Source of the DNA: Pelagibacteraceae bacterium
Lineage (GTDB): Bacteria > Pseudomonadota > Alphaproteobacteria > HIMB59 > GCA-002718135
Reading direction: 5' to 3'
DNA length: 50,084 bases
NCBI GenBank assembly: GCA_018657885.1
Contig: JABHWG010000137.1
Span: forward strand, 1 to 50,084
Numbering within the stretch: the first letter of the stretch is position 1; each line of letters starts with the position of its first letter. The notes under the pieces were generated by a model. That model was not told the DNA's origin. It searched no databases and saw only the letters and a list, made by a program, of their open reading frames with translations. Both the position numbers and the translations under genes were made by a program. Positions 34,386-43,134 of this stretch are shown here, one piece after another.

Positions 34386-34505
34386 TTAAATACCAGGAAT
34401 ATAAGGGACGCCATCTCCTTTAGCTTTTTCATTAATTTCATTTAGTGAAGAACAAGCTGTTATAGGTGATACTAACAAAAATAATAATATCAAAAGTTTT
34501 TTCAT
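34386..34505 (-). CDS. small putative lipoprotein (39 aa), below the ORF-track cutoff
   Basis: Manual translation MKKLLILLFLLVSPITACSSLNEINEKAKGDGVPYIPGI*: basic n-region, hydrophobic h-region, lipobox ITA-C; starts 4 nt after the FDH alpha stop. Confidence 0.8.
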   Translation of the reverse strand: MKKLLILLFLLVSPITACSSLNEINEKAKGDGVPYIPGI

Positions 34506-34509
34506 GATT

Positions 34510-37266
34510 TTAACTTATCTTTTCTATTTTTGCAGCGCAATATTTAAATTCTGGAATTTTTCCAAAAGGATCTAGGGCGGGATTAGTTAAAAGATTTGCA
34601 GCAGCTTCATTATAACAAAATGGTATAAAAATAACACCCTCGGGAATAGTTCTGTCTTCTCTTACTCTAATGTTAATTGAACCTCTTCTAGTTGATACTT
34701 TTATTTGATCTCCAGGTTTCATATTATTTTTTAAAATTTCATTTGGTGATATTGACACAGTCGCCACAGGCTCAAGTGCATCAAGGTTAGAGGCTTTTCG
34801 AGTCATTGCACCTGTATGCCAATGCTCCAACTGCCTTCCAGTAGTAAGTATCATTTCATAATCTTCATCTGGAACTTCATTAGGGGAAGTAACGCTTGCT
34901 GGTACAAATTTTCCTCTGCCAGTTTCATTTGGAAATTTATCTCCAAAAACTATTTCCTCTCCAGGTGTCGTAGGAGATTTACTTGGATATGTGACTGAGC
35001 TCTCTTGATCTAATCTATCCCAACTAATGTTATTTAACGAAGGCATTGTTTGTGACATCTCTTTATAAATCTCTCTAGGATGTTTATATTCCCAATTTAA
35101 ACCCATTCTTTTCCCTAGTTCATTTGTAATCCACCAGTCTTCTTTGGCTAATCCAGGCGCATCAAGAGCCTTACGTCCCATTTGGACTTGTCTATTTGTA
35201 TTAGTAGCTGTTCCATTTTTTTCTGGCCAAGCAGATGCTGGAAAAATCACATCAGCATATGTTGCAGTCTCTGTTAGAAAAATATCTTGAACAACTAAGT
35301 GTTCTAACATTTGAAGAGCTTCCCTTGCATGATTAAGATCAGGATCTGACATTGCTGGATTTTCTCCAAGAATATACATTCCTATAATTTCATCTTCATG
35401 AATTGCATCCATAATTTCCACAACTGTTAAACCTTTTTTATCATCTAAAGTTGTGTTCCAAAATTTTTCAAAAAAATCTTGCTTGTCACTTTTCTCAACT
35501 AACTGATAATCAGGATACATCATCGGTATCATTCCTGCGTCTGAAGCACCTTGAACATTGTTTTGACCCCTAAGTGGGTGAAGTCCAGCTCCTCTCCTAC
35601 CAACATTACCCGTCATCAATGCTAAAGAAATTAAACAACGTGCATTATCAGTTCCATGAACATGTTGTGAAACCCCCATACCCCAAAAAATAATACCTTT
35701 ATCAGTTTTGGCATACAGTCTTGCAACTTCACGTATCATACTAGCTTTTATTCCTGTCTGGTCTTCCATTAATTCTGGTGGGTAGTTTTTTAAATGATTT
35801 TGTAATTCATCAAATCCTGATGTCTGTTTTTTTATATATTCCTCATTAAATAAACCTTCTTCAATAATGACATTCATAATAGAATTCAGAAGAGCAACAT
35901 CTGAGCCTGATTTAAATTGCAACATATGAGTTGCATGTTTCTTTAAGGCATGACCTCTTGGATCCATTACAATAAGTTTAGATCCTTTCTTAGCCGCATT
36001 TTTGAAAAAAGTTGCTGCAACTGGATGATTTTCAGTTGGGTTAGCGCCAATAACAATTATAACTTCCGAATGCTGAACTTCATAAAATGGAGCAGTAACA
36101 GCTCCAGAACCAATCGTTTCCAATAAAGCTGCAACTGAAGATGCATGACATAATCGTGTACAGTGATCAACGTTATTTGTATTAAAACCCGTTCTAATAA
36201 GTTTTTGAAAAAGATATGCTTCTTCATTAGAACACTTAGCTGAACCAAACCCAGCTAAATTACTTTTTCCGTTTCTTTTCTTTTTAATTTCAATAAATCC
36301 ATTAGCAGCATAATCTAATGCTTCATCCCATGTAGCCTCCCTGAAATACTCATGAATATTTGAAAATTTAATAATTGGGTGTAGGTCTTTTTCTTTACCT
36401 TTAATTCTTATTAAAGGCTTAGTTAATCTCTCAGAATTGCTCACGTAATCAAAACCAAATCTTCCTTTTACACAAAGTCTATTTTTATTTGCAGGTCCAT
36501 CAACACCGTTGACAAATTTTATATCATTACCTTTAACATTATATTCAATTTGACAACCAACACCGCAATATGGGCACACGCTTTTAACTTTAGTATCTAC
36601 GTCACTTAATCCAACACCTTCTTTATCAACAACAGTTGCCGGCATAAGAGCTCCAGTTGGACATGCTTGCACACACTCTCCACATGCTACACAAGTACTG
36701 TCACCCATTGGGTCATCAAAATCAAAAACTATTTTTGAGCTTTCTCCTCTGTACGCCATGCCAATTACATCATTAACCTGCACCTCTCTACAGGCCCTGA
36801 CACAAAGATTACATTGGATACAAGCATCTAAATTTACTGCCATACTTGGGTGAGAATTATCAGACTGGCATGGAGTTTTACTTGGAAACCTACTTTCTTT
36901 TATATCAACTTTATCAATCCAATTCCAGAAATCTGAATTGTTATCATGTGCAATCTTTCTTTCTGGCTGGTCTGCTAAAAGTAATTCAAAAACTAATTCT
37001 CGAGATTTTTTTGCTTTACTTGATGCTGTTTGAACTTTCATATCAGCTGAAGGTTTTCTAATACAAGAAGCAGCTAACACCCTCTCTCCTTCAATCTCAA
37101 CCATACAAGCCCTACAATTTCCATCAGCTCTGTATCCAGGTTTATTTGCATAACACAAATGAGGAATTTCAGTACCAAGTCTATTAGCTACCTGCCATAT
37201 GGTTTCATCTTGAGTTGCCTCAACTTGCTTATCATTGAGATAAAATTTAATATTTTTATCATTCAT
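34510..37266 (-). CDS. fdhF: NAD-dependent formate dehydrogenase alpha subunit (Mo/W-bis-MGD, Cys-type, Fdh1A-like)
   Basis: N-terminal [2Fe-2S] (HLC...GNCRAC...SC), two ferredoxin motifs (CIQCNLC...C, CVACGEC...CP), CPYCGVGC...LCVKG, active site CTRLCH, PLRGQNNVQG; no Tat signal. Confidence 0.93.
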   Translation of the reverse strand: MNDKNIKFYLNDKQVEATQDETIWQVANRLGTEIPHLCYANKPGYRADGNCRACMVEIEGERVLAASCIRKPSADMKVQTASSKAKKSRELVFELLLADQPERKIAHDNNSDFWNWIDKVDIKESRFPSKTPCQSDNSHPSMAVNLDACIQCNLCVRACREVQVNDVIGMAYRGESSKIVFDFDDPMGDSTCVACGECVQACPTGALMPATVVDKEGVGLSDVDTKVKSVCPYCGVGCQIEYNVKGNDIKFVNGVDGPANKNRLCVKGRFGFDYVSNSERLTKPLIRIKGKEKDLHPIIKFSNIHEYFREATWDEALDYAANGFIEIKKKRNGKSNLAGFGSAKCSNEEAYLFQKLIRTGFNTNNVDHCTRLCHASSVAALLETIGSGAVTAPFYEVQHSEVIIVIGANPTENHPVAATFFKNAAKKGSKLIVMDPRGHALKKHATHMLQFKSGSDVALLNSIMNVIIEEGLFNEEYIKKQTSGFDELQNHLKNYPPELMEDQTGIKASMIREVARLYAKTDKGIIFWGMGVSQHVHGTDNARCLISLALMTGNVGRRGAGLHPLRGQNNVQGASDAGMIPMMYPDYQLVEKSDKQDFFEKFWNTTLDDKKGLTVVEIMDAIHEDEIIGMYILGENPAMSDPDLNHAREALQMLEHLVVQDIFLTETATYADVIFPASAWPEKNGTATNTNRQVQMGRKALDAPGLAKEDWWITNELGKRMGLNWEYKHPREIYKEMSQTMPSLNNISWDRLDQESSVTYPSKSPTTPGEEIVFGDKFPNETGRGKFVPASVTSPNEVPDEDYEMILTTGRQLEHWHTGAMTRKASNLDALEPVATVSISPNEILKNNMKPGDQIKVSTRRGSINIRVREDRTIPEGVIFIPFCYNEAAANLLTNPALDPFGKIPEFKYCAAKIEKIS

Positions 37267-38962
37267 AACTTATCTCTTTTTCAAAGTATTTTAAAACTGA
37301 ATTGAGTGGATTTGTAGCTGCTTGACCTAAGCCACAAATAGAAGCTTGGGACATTACTTCTGACAAATCAGAGAGTTTTTCTTTATTCCAAATTTTTTCT
37401 TTCATAAGCTTTACAGTTTTTTCTGTTCCAGCTCTACATGGAGTACATTGACCACAGCTTTCTTCTTCAAAAAATTTTAATAAATTTAATGCGACATCTT
37501 TCATATTATCCTTATCAGATAAGACAACAATTGCAGCAGAGCCTAAAAAACACCCTGTATCTGTTAATTCTTTTGATCCATAATCTAAGGGAATGTTATT
37601 CATTGAAGCAGGCAAAATACCTCCTGAAGCACCGCCTGGAAGATAACCTTTAAAGACATGGTCATCTTCTATGCCACCACAATAATCATCTATTAATTGC
37701 TGTATCGTAATTCCTGCTGGAGCAACTTTTACCCCAGGATTCTTAACACGACCAGATACAGAAAAACTATGAAAACCTTTTTTACCATCTATACCTTTTT
37801 CAGAGAACCAATTAGGACCTTTTTCAATTATATCTCTGATCCAAAACAATGTTTCTAGATTGTTGGTTAATGTGGGAGCGTTAAATAAACCCATTTCAGC
37901 AACATAAGGAGGTCTATGTCTTGGAAGACCTCTTTTACCTTCAATACTCTCTATCATAGCAGACTCTTCACCACATATATATGCTCCAGCACCTCTTCTT
38001 AAAATAAAATGTCCTTTTGGAATTATATTTTCTTTTTCTAATTTTAAAATTTCATCATTTAAAATTTGAATTACTGAGGGATACTCATCTCGCATATAAA
38101 TATAAACATTAGTTGCTTTGATAAACAGTGATGCAATAAGTGCCCCTTCCAGAAATCTATGAGGGTCTGTTTCTAAATATTTTCTATCTTTAAATGTCCC
38201 AGGCTCACCCTCATCTCCATTTACCGCTACATATTTTGTTCCATTGTACTTAGATACAATTTCCCATTTCATGCCTGTTGGAAAACCAGCTCCACCTTTA
38301 CCTTTAAGGCCACTTTCTTTTAGATACTCGATTATTTTTGTGTTTTGTATTTCTCCTTTTTTGATTTGGTTGGATATTTTATACCCTCCATCTTTTCTAT
38401 AATCATCCAAAGAAATATAATCGGGAATGACAACATCAAAATTTTTATTTTTTAATGCCTCTTCAACAGTTTTTAATGATGCTTTATCTACATAGTTTTT
38501 ACCTACACAAACAGTTGGCGCTACATCACATCTGCCCATACAGGGACCAGGGACTACTTTTATATTTTTATTTTCATTTTTTTTTAGATCACTAAGTAAT
38601 TTTTTTGCACCAAATAATTCACAAGTTAAACTTTCACAAACTCTTACAGTTTTAAGAGGTTCATAAGTTTCTGAATTTTTTACTATGTTAAAATGTGCAT
38701 AAAAAGTTGCTACTTCGTAAATTTCAGAAAGTGGTAAATTTATTATCATTGATAATGCAACTAGATGTTTGTCATATAAGACACCAAACTTATCCTGCAA
38801 TATATGAAAATATTCAATTAATTCGTCTCTCTTAAAACTCATTCCTTGAAATAGCGTTGATACCTCATCATAAAAGAGGTTTTCTACCTGTCTTCCTTTT
38901 GGTTTCCATCGTCTCTTCTTTTTCTTTAGAGAGCTATCGGTTTGAGAAATAAATTTATCCAT
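37259..38962 (-). CDS. formate dehydrogenase beta subunit (fused NuoE-like [2Fe-2S] and NuoF-like FMN/NAD domains, Fdh1B-like)
   Basis: PKGRQV, EVATFYAHF, VCESLTC...CMGRC, GKGGAGF, DEGEPGTFKD, GAYICGEE, SCGQCTPC...ICGLG. Confidence 0.9.
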   Translation of the reverse strand: MDKFISQTDSSLKKKKRRWKPKGRQVENLFYDEVSTLFQGMSFKRDELIEYFHILQDKFGVLYDKHLVALSMIINLPLSEIYEVATFYAHFNIVKNSETYEPLKTVRVCESLTCELFGAKKLLSDLKKNENKNIKVVPGPCMGRCDVAPTVCVGKNYVDKASLKTVEEALKNKNFDVVIPDYISLDDYRKDGGYKISNQIKKGEIQNTKIIEYLKESGLKGKGGAGFPTGMKWEIVSKYNGTKYVAVNGDEGEPGTFKDRKYLETDPHRFLEGALIASLFIKATNVYIYMRDEYPSVIQILNDEILKLEKENIIPKGHFILRRGAGAYICGEESAMIESIEGKRGLPRHRPPYVAEMGLFNAPTLTNNLETLFWIRDIIEKGPNWFSEKGIDGKKGFHSFSVSGRVKNPGVKVAPAGITIQQLIDDYCGGIEDDHVFKGYLPGGASGGILPASMNNIPLDYGSKELTDTGCFLGSAAIVVLSDKDNMKDVALNLLKFFEEESCGQCTPCRAGTEKTVKLMKEKIWNKEKLSDLSEVMSQASICGLGQAATNPLNSVLKYFEKEISYE

Positions 38963-39002
38963 TTAAATTGAATTATTAATATATATTTTGTATCAGATTA
39001 AA

Positions 39003-39251
39003 ATGAAAGATTCAGTTGAAAATGATGAAATAGTTCTAGATACAAGCGGTACAGAATGTCCCATCCCAGTGCTTAAGGCTAGAAAACTTGCTCAAGAATT
39101 AAAAAATGGTAGCATAATCAAAGTGATAGCTACTGACCCCTTGGCAACAGCTGACTTCGAGCACTATTGTAACCAATCAGGTTTTGATTTTTTAGAAAGT
39201 TACAATGAGGATGAAAAAATTATAATTAGATATAAATTTAAAAAAAATTAA
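39003..39251 (+). CDS. tusA: TusA/SirA-family sulfur carrier
   Basis: LDTSGTECPIPVLKARK (CPxP motif), ATDP; ATG at 39003 preferred over TTG at 38988. Confidence 0.88.
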   Translation: MKDSVENDEIVLDTSGTECPIPVLKARKLAQELKNGSIIKVIATDPLATADFEHYCNQSGFDFLESYNEDEKIIIRYKFKKN

Positions 39252-40465
39252 ATAAACAATTTATCAAAATCATAAAAATCAAACACATCACCCTTTTTAA
39301 TAAGGTTTATATTTTCAGGAATTTCGACTACTCCATCTGAATATGAAATAGAAGATATCATACCTGAACCCTGTTTAGGGTATCTAGATATAAAATATTC
39401 ATTATTAATTAATTTTTTTGAAACCCTTAACCACTCAAGTCGTTTTGTTTTTTTAACCATTGAAAAGTCAGTCTTAATTTTTTCTGATGTAATCTTTAAC
39501 ATTGGTGAACCAATTAATTTTAGAATTAAAGGTCTAACTACAAATGCAAATAGCAACTGTACAGAAACAGGATTGCCAGGCAAACAGACAATATAAGTAT
39601 TTTTTATTTTACCTATTGCAATAGGCCTTCCTGGTTTAATGGCAGCTCGCCAAAAAAAAATTTTACCATTATTTTTTAAAGTATCAATTAAATGGTCTTC
39701 ATCTCCCACCGATGCTCCACCAGTGGTAATTATAAGGTTATATTTAGGTATTTGAGACAATATTTTAGTTTTAATCTTAACGGAGTTATCCGGAAGATTT
39801 CCTAAAAACTTCTTATCTATATAATTTTTATTTAAAAGGGAGCTTAATAAATAATAATTTGAATTATTAATTTTAGAATTTTTTAGTTTTATAGTTGGTT
39901 TTACTAACTCATTACCACTTGTAAAAAATCCAACTTTAAGTGAGGAATAAACTTTCACTTTATTGCATCCAATAGCTGCAATTAAATTTAAATTTCTACT
40001 GTCAATTTTAGATCCTTTTTTTAAAACCAAACTTCCTTTTGATATATCCTCCCCTTTTTGCCTGCAATTATCCCCATACAAAGGAATTTTTAATAAAGAG
40101 AGCTCAACATCAACAACATTTGTATTTTCTTGCATAACTACCGTATTAGAGTTTGATGGCATTTTTGCACCTGTAAAAATTCTTATAACTTCACCATCTA
40201 GAATTTTACTTGTTCCAATATCACCTGCTGCTATTCTATTTTTATTAATTTTTTTTTGTCTTTTATTCAAATCTTTTTTTAATAATGCGTATCCATCAAC
40301 TGCTGAGTTTTTAAAAGGAGGTAAATCTATTTTAGAGTAAATATTTTGTGCTAATATTTTATCTTCAGCATCAATTAGATTAATTATTTCTGTTTTAGAT
40401 ATAGTGCTAGGGCGCTTACTTATAAATGCTAAAATTTCTTTTAAATAAAGTGGTTTTTTGTTCAT
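39248..40465 (-). CDS. moeA: molybdopterin molybdotransferase (Mo/W insertase)
   Basis: PPFKNSAVDGYA, RIFTGA, SGNEL, TTGGASVG, KPGRP, LPGNPVS. Confidence 0.95.
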   Translation of the reverse strand: MNKKPLYLKEILAFISKRPSTISKTEIINLIDAEDKILAQNIYSKIDLPPFKNSAVDGYALLKKDLNKRQKKINKNRIAAGDIGTSKILDGEVIRIFTGAKMPSNSNTVVMQENTNVVDVELSLLKIPLYGDNCRQKGEDISKGSLVLKKGSKIDSRNLNLIAAIGCNKVKVYSSLKVGFFTSGNELVKPTIKLKNSKINNSNYYLLSSLLNKNYIDKKFLGNLPDNSVKIKTKILSQIPKYNLIITTGGASVGDEDHLIDTLKNNGKIFFWRAAIKPGRPIAIGKIKNTYIVCLPGNPVSVQLLFAFVVRPLILKLIGSPMLKITSEKIKTDFSMVKKTKRLEWLRVSKKLINNEYFISRYPKQGSGMISSISYSDGVVEIPENINLIKKGDVFDFYDFDKLFI

Positions 40466-40947
40466 AATATTTTTTTAATTATAAATTCAACTAAACTTTT
40501 AATTTCATTTTTTTTAAATACAGGAGTATTAGAATAGAGCATTACATCAGAAACAATTGCTATAACATTTTTAATTTTGCTATTAGATATTTCTAAGTTA
40601 TTTGCAATTATTTCAATTTTTGGATGAATTTCATTCTTAAAACCTTCTACAATAATTATATCTATATATTCAAATTCCTCAATTAGCTCTTTTAAGCTTT
40701 TTTCCCTGTTATCAATATTTTCATTTATTTTTGCCCAACGCCTTGAAGAACTAATTATGACCTGACTAGAACCAGATTCTCGATGTTTAAAACTATCAGT
40801 TCCAGGTTTATCAATATCAAAGTCATCATGAGCGTGCTTAATAGATCCTACTCTATAATTTTTAGCAACCAATAATTTAATTATCTCAGTTACAAGATAA
40901 GTTTTTCCAACATCTTTCCAACCAACTATTCCAATTACTCTAGTCAT
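40462..40947 (-). CDS. mobB: molybdopterin-guanine dinucleotide biosynthesis protein B
   Basis: GWKDVGKT P-loop, IKHAHDDFDIDKPGTDS, VEGFK. Confidence 0.95.
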   Translation of the reverse strand: MTRVIGIVGWKDVGKTYLVTEIIKLLVAKNYRVGSIKHAHDDFDIDKPGTDSFKHRESGSSQVIISSSRRWAKINENIDNREKSLKELIEEFEYIDIIIVEGFKNEIHPKIEIIANNLEISNSKIKNVIAIVSDVMLYSNTPVFKKNEIKSLVEFIIKKIL

Positions 40948-41633
40948 ATTTTTCTCTTATTAAAAATATAGACTAAAGAATATATAATAATTGTTAATAA
41001 AATTAATACTATTCCAAGTGCCATTGCGTATTCAAGATTTCCCATTCTTGTTTCAAGTGAAATCGCAGTTGTCATCACTCTTGTAAAATGGTTAATATTT
41101 CCACCAACTATCATAACAGCTCCGACTTCTGAAATAGCTCTGCCAAATGCCGAAAGAAGGGCTGTTATAACTAAAAAGTAACTGTGTTTTGTAATAATAA
41201 AAGCTACTCCAAAAAAAGGCATATTAATGGATCTTAACTGATCTTTATATTCTCTCCAATTTTGATCAAAAATTTCATGTGATATAGAAGTCACAATTGG
41301 AAAAATAATTATTACTTGCGCAATTATCATAGCAGCTGGTGTGTAAAGTAATTGTAGAACACCGAGAGGGCCACCTGATGCAAACATAAAGTAAACAATT
41401 AATCCAACTACAACTGGAGGAATTCCCATCAATGAATTGAGGATAATTAAAATAAAATTTTTAAAAAAAAAATTTCTTAATGCTAAATAATAACCAATTA
41501 ACAATCCAAAAATTGAAGCAAAAATTAATGCAACAAGACTGACGTATAAAGATAAAAGTATAATTTCCCACAAATCTTTATCAAAAGAAAAAATTAAGGA
41601 TAAAGATTCTGTGAAAATTTCTATAATGTTCAT
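40944..41633 (-). CDS. tupB: ABC transporter permease, tungstate TupB-like
   Basis: MGIPPVVVGLIVY, GPLG..LLYTPAAMIIAQ, FGRAISEVGAVMIVGGNI..FTRVMTTAISLET; lies among cofactor genes. Confidence 0.8.
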   Translation of the reverse strand: MNIIEIFTESLSLIFSFDKDLWEIILLSLYVSLVALIFASIFGLLIGYYLALRNFFFKNFILIILNSLMGIPPVVVGLIVYFMFASGGPLGVLQLLYTPAAMIIAQVIIIFPIVTSISHEIFDQNWREYKDQLRSINMPFFGVAFIITKHSYFLVITALLSAFGRAISEVGAVMIVGGNINHFTRVMTTAISLETRMGNLEYAMALGIVLILLTIIIYSLVYIFNKRKI

Positions 41634-41657
41634 ATAAAGATATTATCAGAATACATT

Positions 41658-42476
41658 ATGAATAAAAAAATTAAATATTTAGTTGCTCCTAATCCTCAAG
41701 ATAAAAATCTTACCAAGGAAATAGATGGATTTGATGAGAATTTAAAACCAATTAAAACAAAAGTTATTATTGAAAAAGATCTTACAATTTATTTAAATAA
41801 TCAAGAAATTGTAACCCTTATGACAGTTGGTGATCATCCTGAATACCTTGCTCTTGGTTATTTACTAAATCAGAATATGATAAAAATAACTGATAAGATA
41901 AAAAAAATTGAACATAACCAAGAATTACGAGTTGTAGTAGTAAGGACATCAAGAAAAACTAACTATGAAGAAAAATTGAAGAAAAAAATTACTACTAGTG
42001 GGTGTGCGGTTGGAACAATTTTTGGAGATGTGTATGAAGAAATTTTAAAAAGCAAAATTCTATCCAAAAAGAAAATTAAACATTCTTGGATTTACGAAAT
42101 ATCAAAGAAAATAAATTTAACTCCAAGCTTGTATTTAGAAGCTGGGGCTATTCATGGATGTGCTATCATCAAAAATAATAATCCAATTATTTATATGGAA
42201 GATGTGGGACGCCATAATGCAGTTGATAAAATAGCAGGATATATGTTTCTTAAAAAAATTAATGGGAATGATAAAACTTTTTACACAACAGGAAGACTTA
42301 CTAGTGAAATGGTTATAAAAACTGTAAAAATGAAAATTCCTATTCTAATTTCAAGATCAGGCTTTACCTCTTGGGGAGTAGAGTTAGCAAAAAAAACAAA
42401 CCTTACTCTAATTGGAAGAGCAAAAGGTAAAAAATATATAATCTTATCAGGTGAAAAAAGAATTGATCATAAATAA
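41658..42476 (+). CDS. fdhD: formate dehydrogenase accessory sulfurtransferase
   Basis: TTSGCAVG, GAIHGC, EDVGRHNAVDKIAG, TGRLTSEMVIK. Confidence 0.95.
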   Translation: MNKKIKYLVAPNPQDKNLTKEIDGFDENLKPIKTKVIIEKDLTIYLNNQEIVTLMTVGDHPEYLALGYLLNQNMIKITDKIKKIEHNQELRVVVVRTSRKTNYEEKLKKKITTSGCAVGTIFGDVYEEILKSKILSKKKIKHSWIYEISKKINLTPSLYLEAGAIHGCAIIKNNNPIIYMEDVGRHNAVDKIAGYMFLKKINGNDKTFYTTGRLTSEMVIKTVKMKIPILISRSGFTSWGVELAKKTNLTLIGRAKGKKYIILSGEKRIDHK

Positions 42477-43086
42477 ATTAAAAACACTTATTGTTATTCT
42501 CGCAGGAGGGCAATCAAAACGATTTGGAGGTGGTTATAAAACTTTATATAAATTTAATAATAAATCATTACTGGACAGGATATTAAAAAATTTAGGAAAG
42601 TTAGATATTGAAATTGCCTTAAATGTAAACTCAAATGAAAATGAATTTACAAAAACAAGTTTGAATCTAATTAAAGATGAGTTTGTTAACTTTCAAGGGC
42701 CTCTTGCAGGAATATACTCATCAATGAATTGGGCTTTAAAAAACAAAAAAGATGTTGAATGGATTTTTACCACACCTTCAGATACACCTTTTTTAAATAG
42801 TAGTTTAGTGGATAAATTTTTAATTAATAAATACTCAAACAATACTAAAATAATTTTAGCCAGAACTTCTAATAAAATTCATCCAGTTATTGGTTTTTGG
42901 CATATTTCATTATTAAAAAACTTAGAAAATTTTTTAGAAAAAGATAGTAGAAAAATTATGCATTGGGTAGAGCAACAAAATTATGAATTGCTAAATTTTG
43001 AAAATAAAAACTATTTTTTTAATATCAATTCTAAATCAGATTTAGAAGAGGCAATCAAAATTGAGAAGTCAATAAAATTACCATAA
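42451..43086 (+). CDS. mobA: molybdenum cofactor guanylyltransferase
   Basis: ILAGGQSKRFGG, QGPLAGI, PSDTPF, FFNIN; start codon uncertain (GTG 42451 or TTG 42463). Confidence 0.93.
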   Translation: MKKELIINKLKTLIVILAGGQSKRFGGGYKTLYKFNNKSLLDRILKNLGKLDIEIALNVNSNENEFTKTSLNLIKDEFVNFQGPLAGIYSSMNWALKNKKDVEWIFTTPSDTPFLNSSLVDKFLINKYSNNTKIILARTSNKIHPVIGFWHISLLKNLENFLEKDSRKIMHWVEQQNYELLNFENKNYFFNINSKSDLEEAIKIEKSIKLP

Positions 43087-43134
43087 TTAACTGGATAATA
43101 TTAATAATAAGAATATAAATTAATACTAGAAATC

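Noticed and set aside
36140-36170. Selenocysteine in the FDH active site
   Set aside because: The codon is TGT (CTRLCH) and the ORF has no in-frame TGA.
37259-38962. Complex I nuoF/nuoG genes
   Set aside because: The partner subunit keeps the FDH catalytic Cys-His and Arg motifs, fdhD/mobA/moeA are adjacent, and no other nuo genes are present.
38963-39002. ModE/TunR-like operator upstream of the FDH genes
   Set aside because: Only an AT run (ATATATAT) with no convincing flanked palindrome; expected at this base composition.
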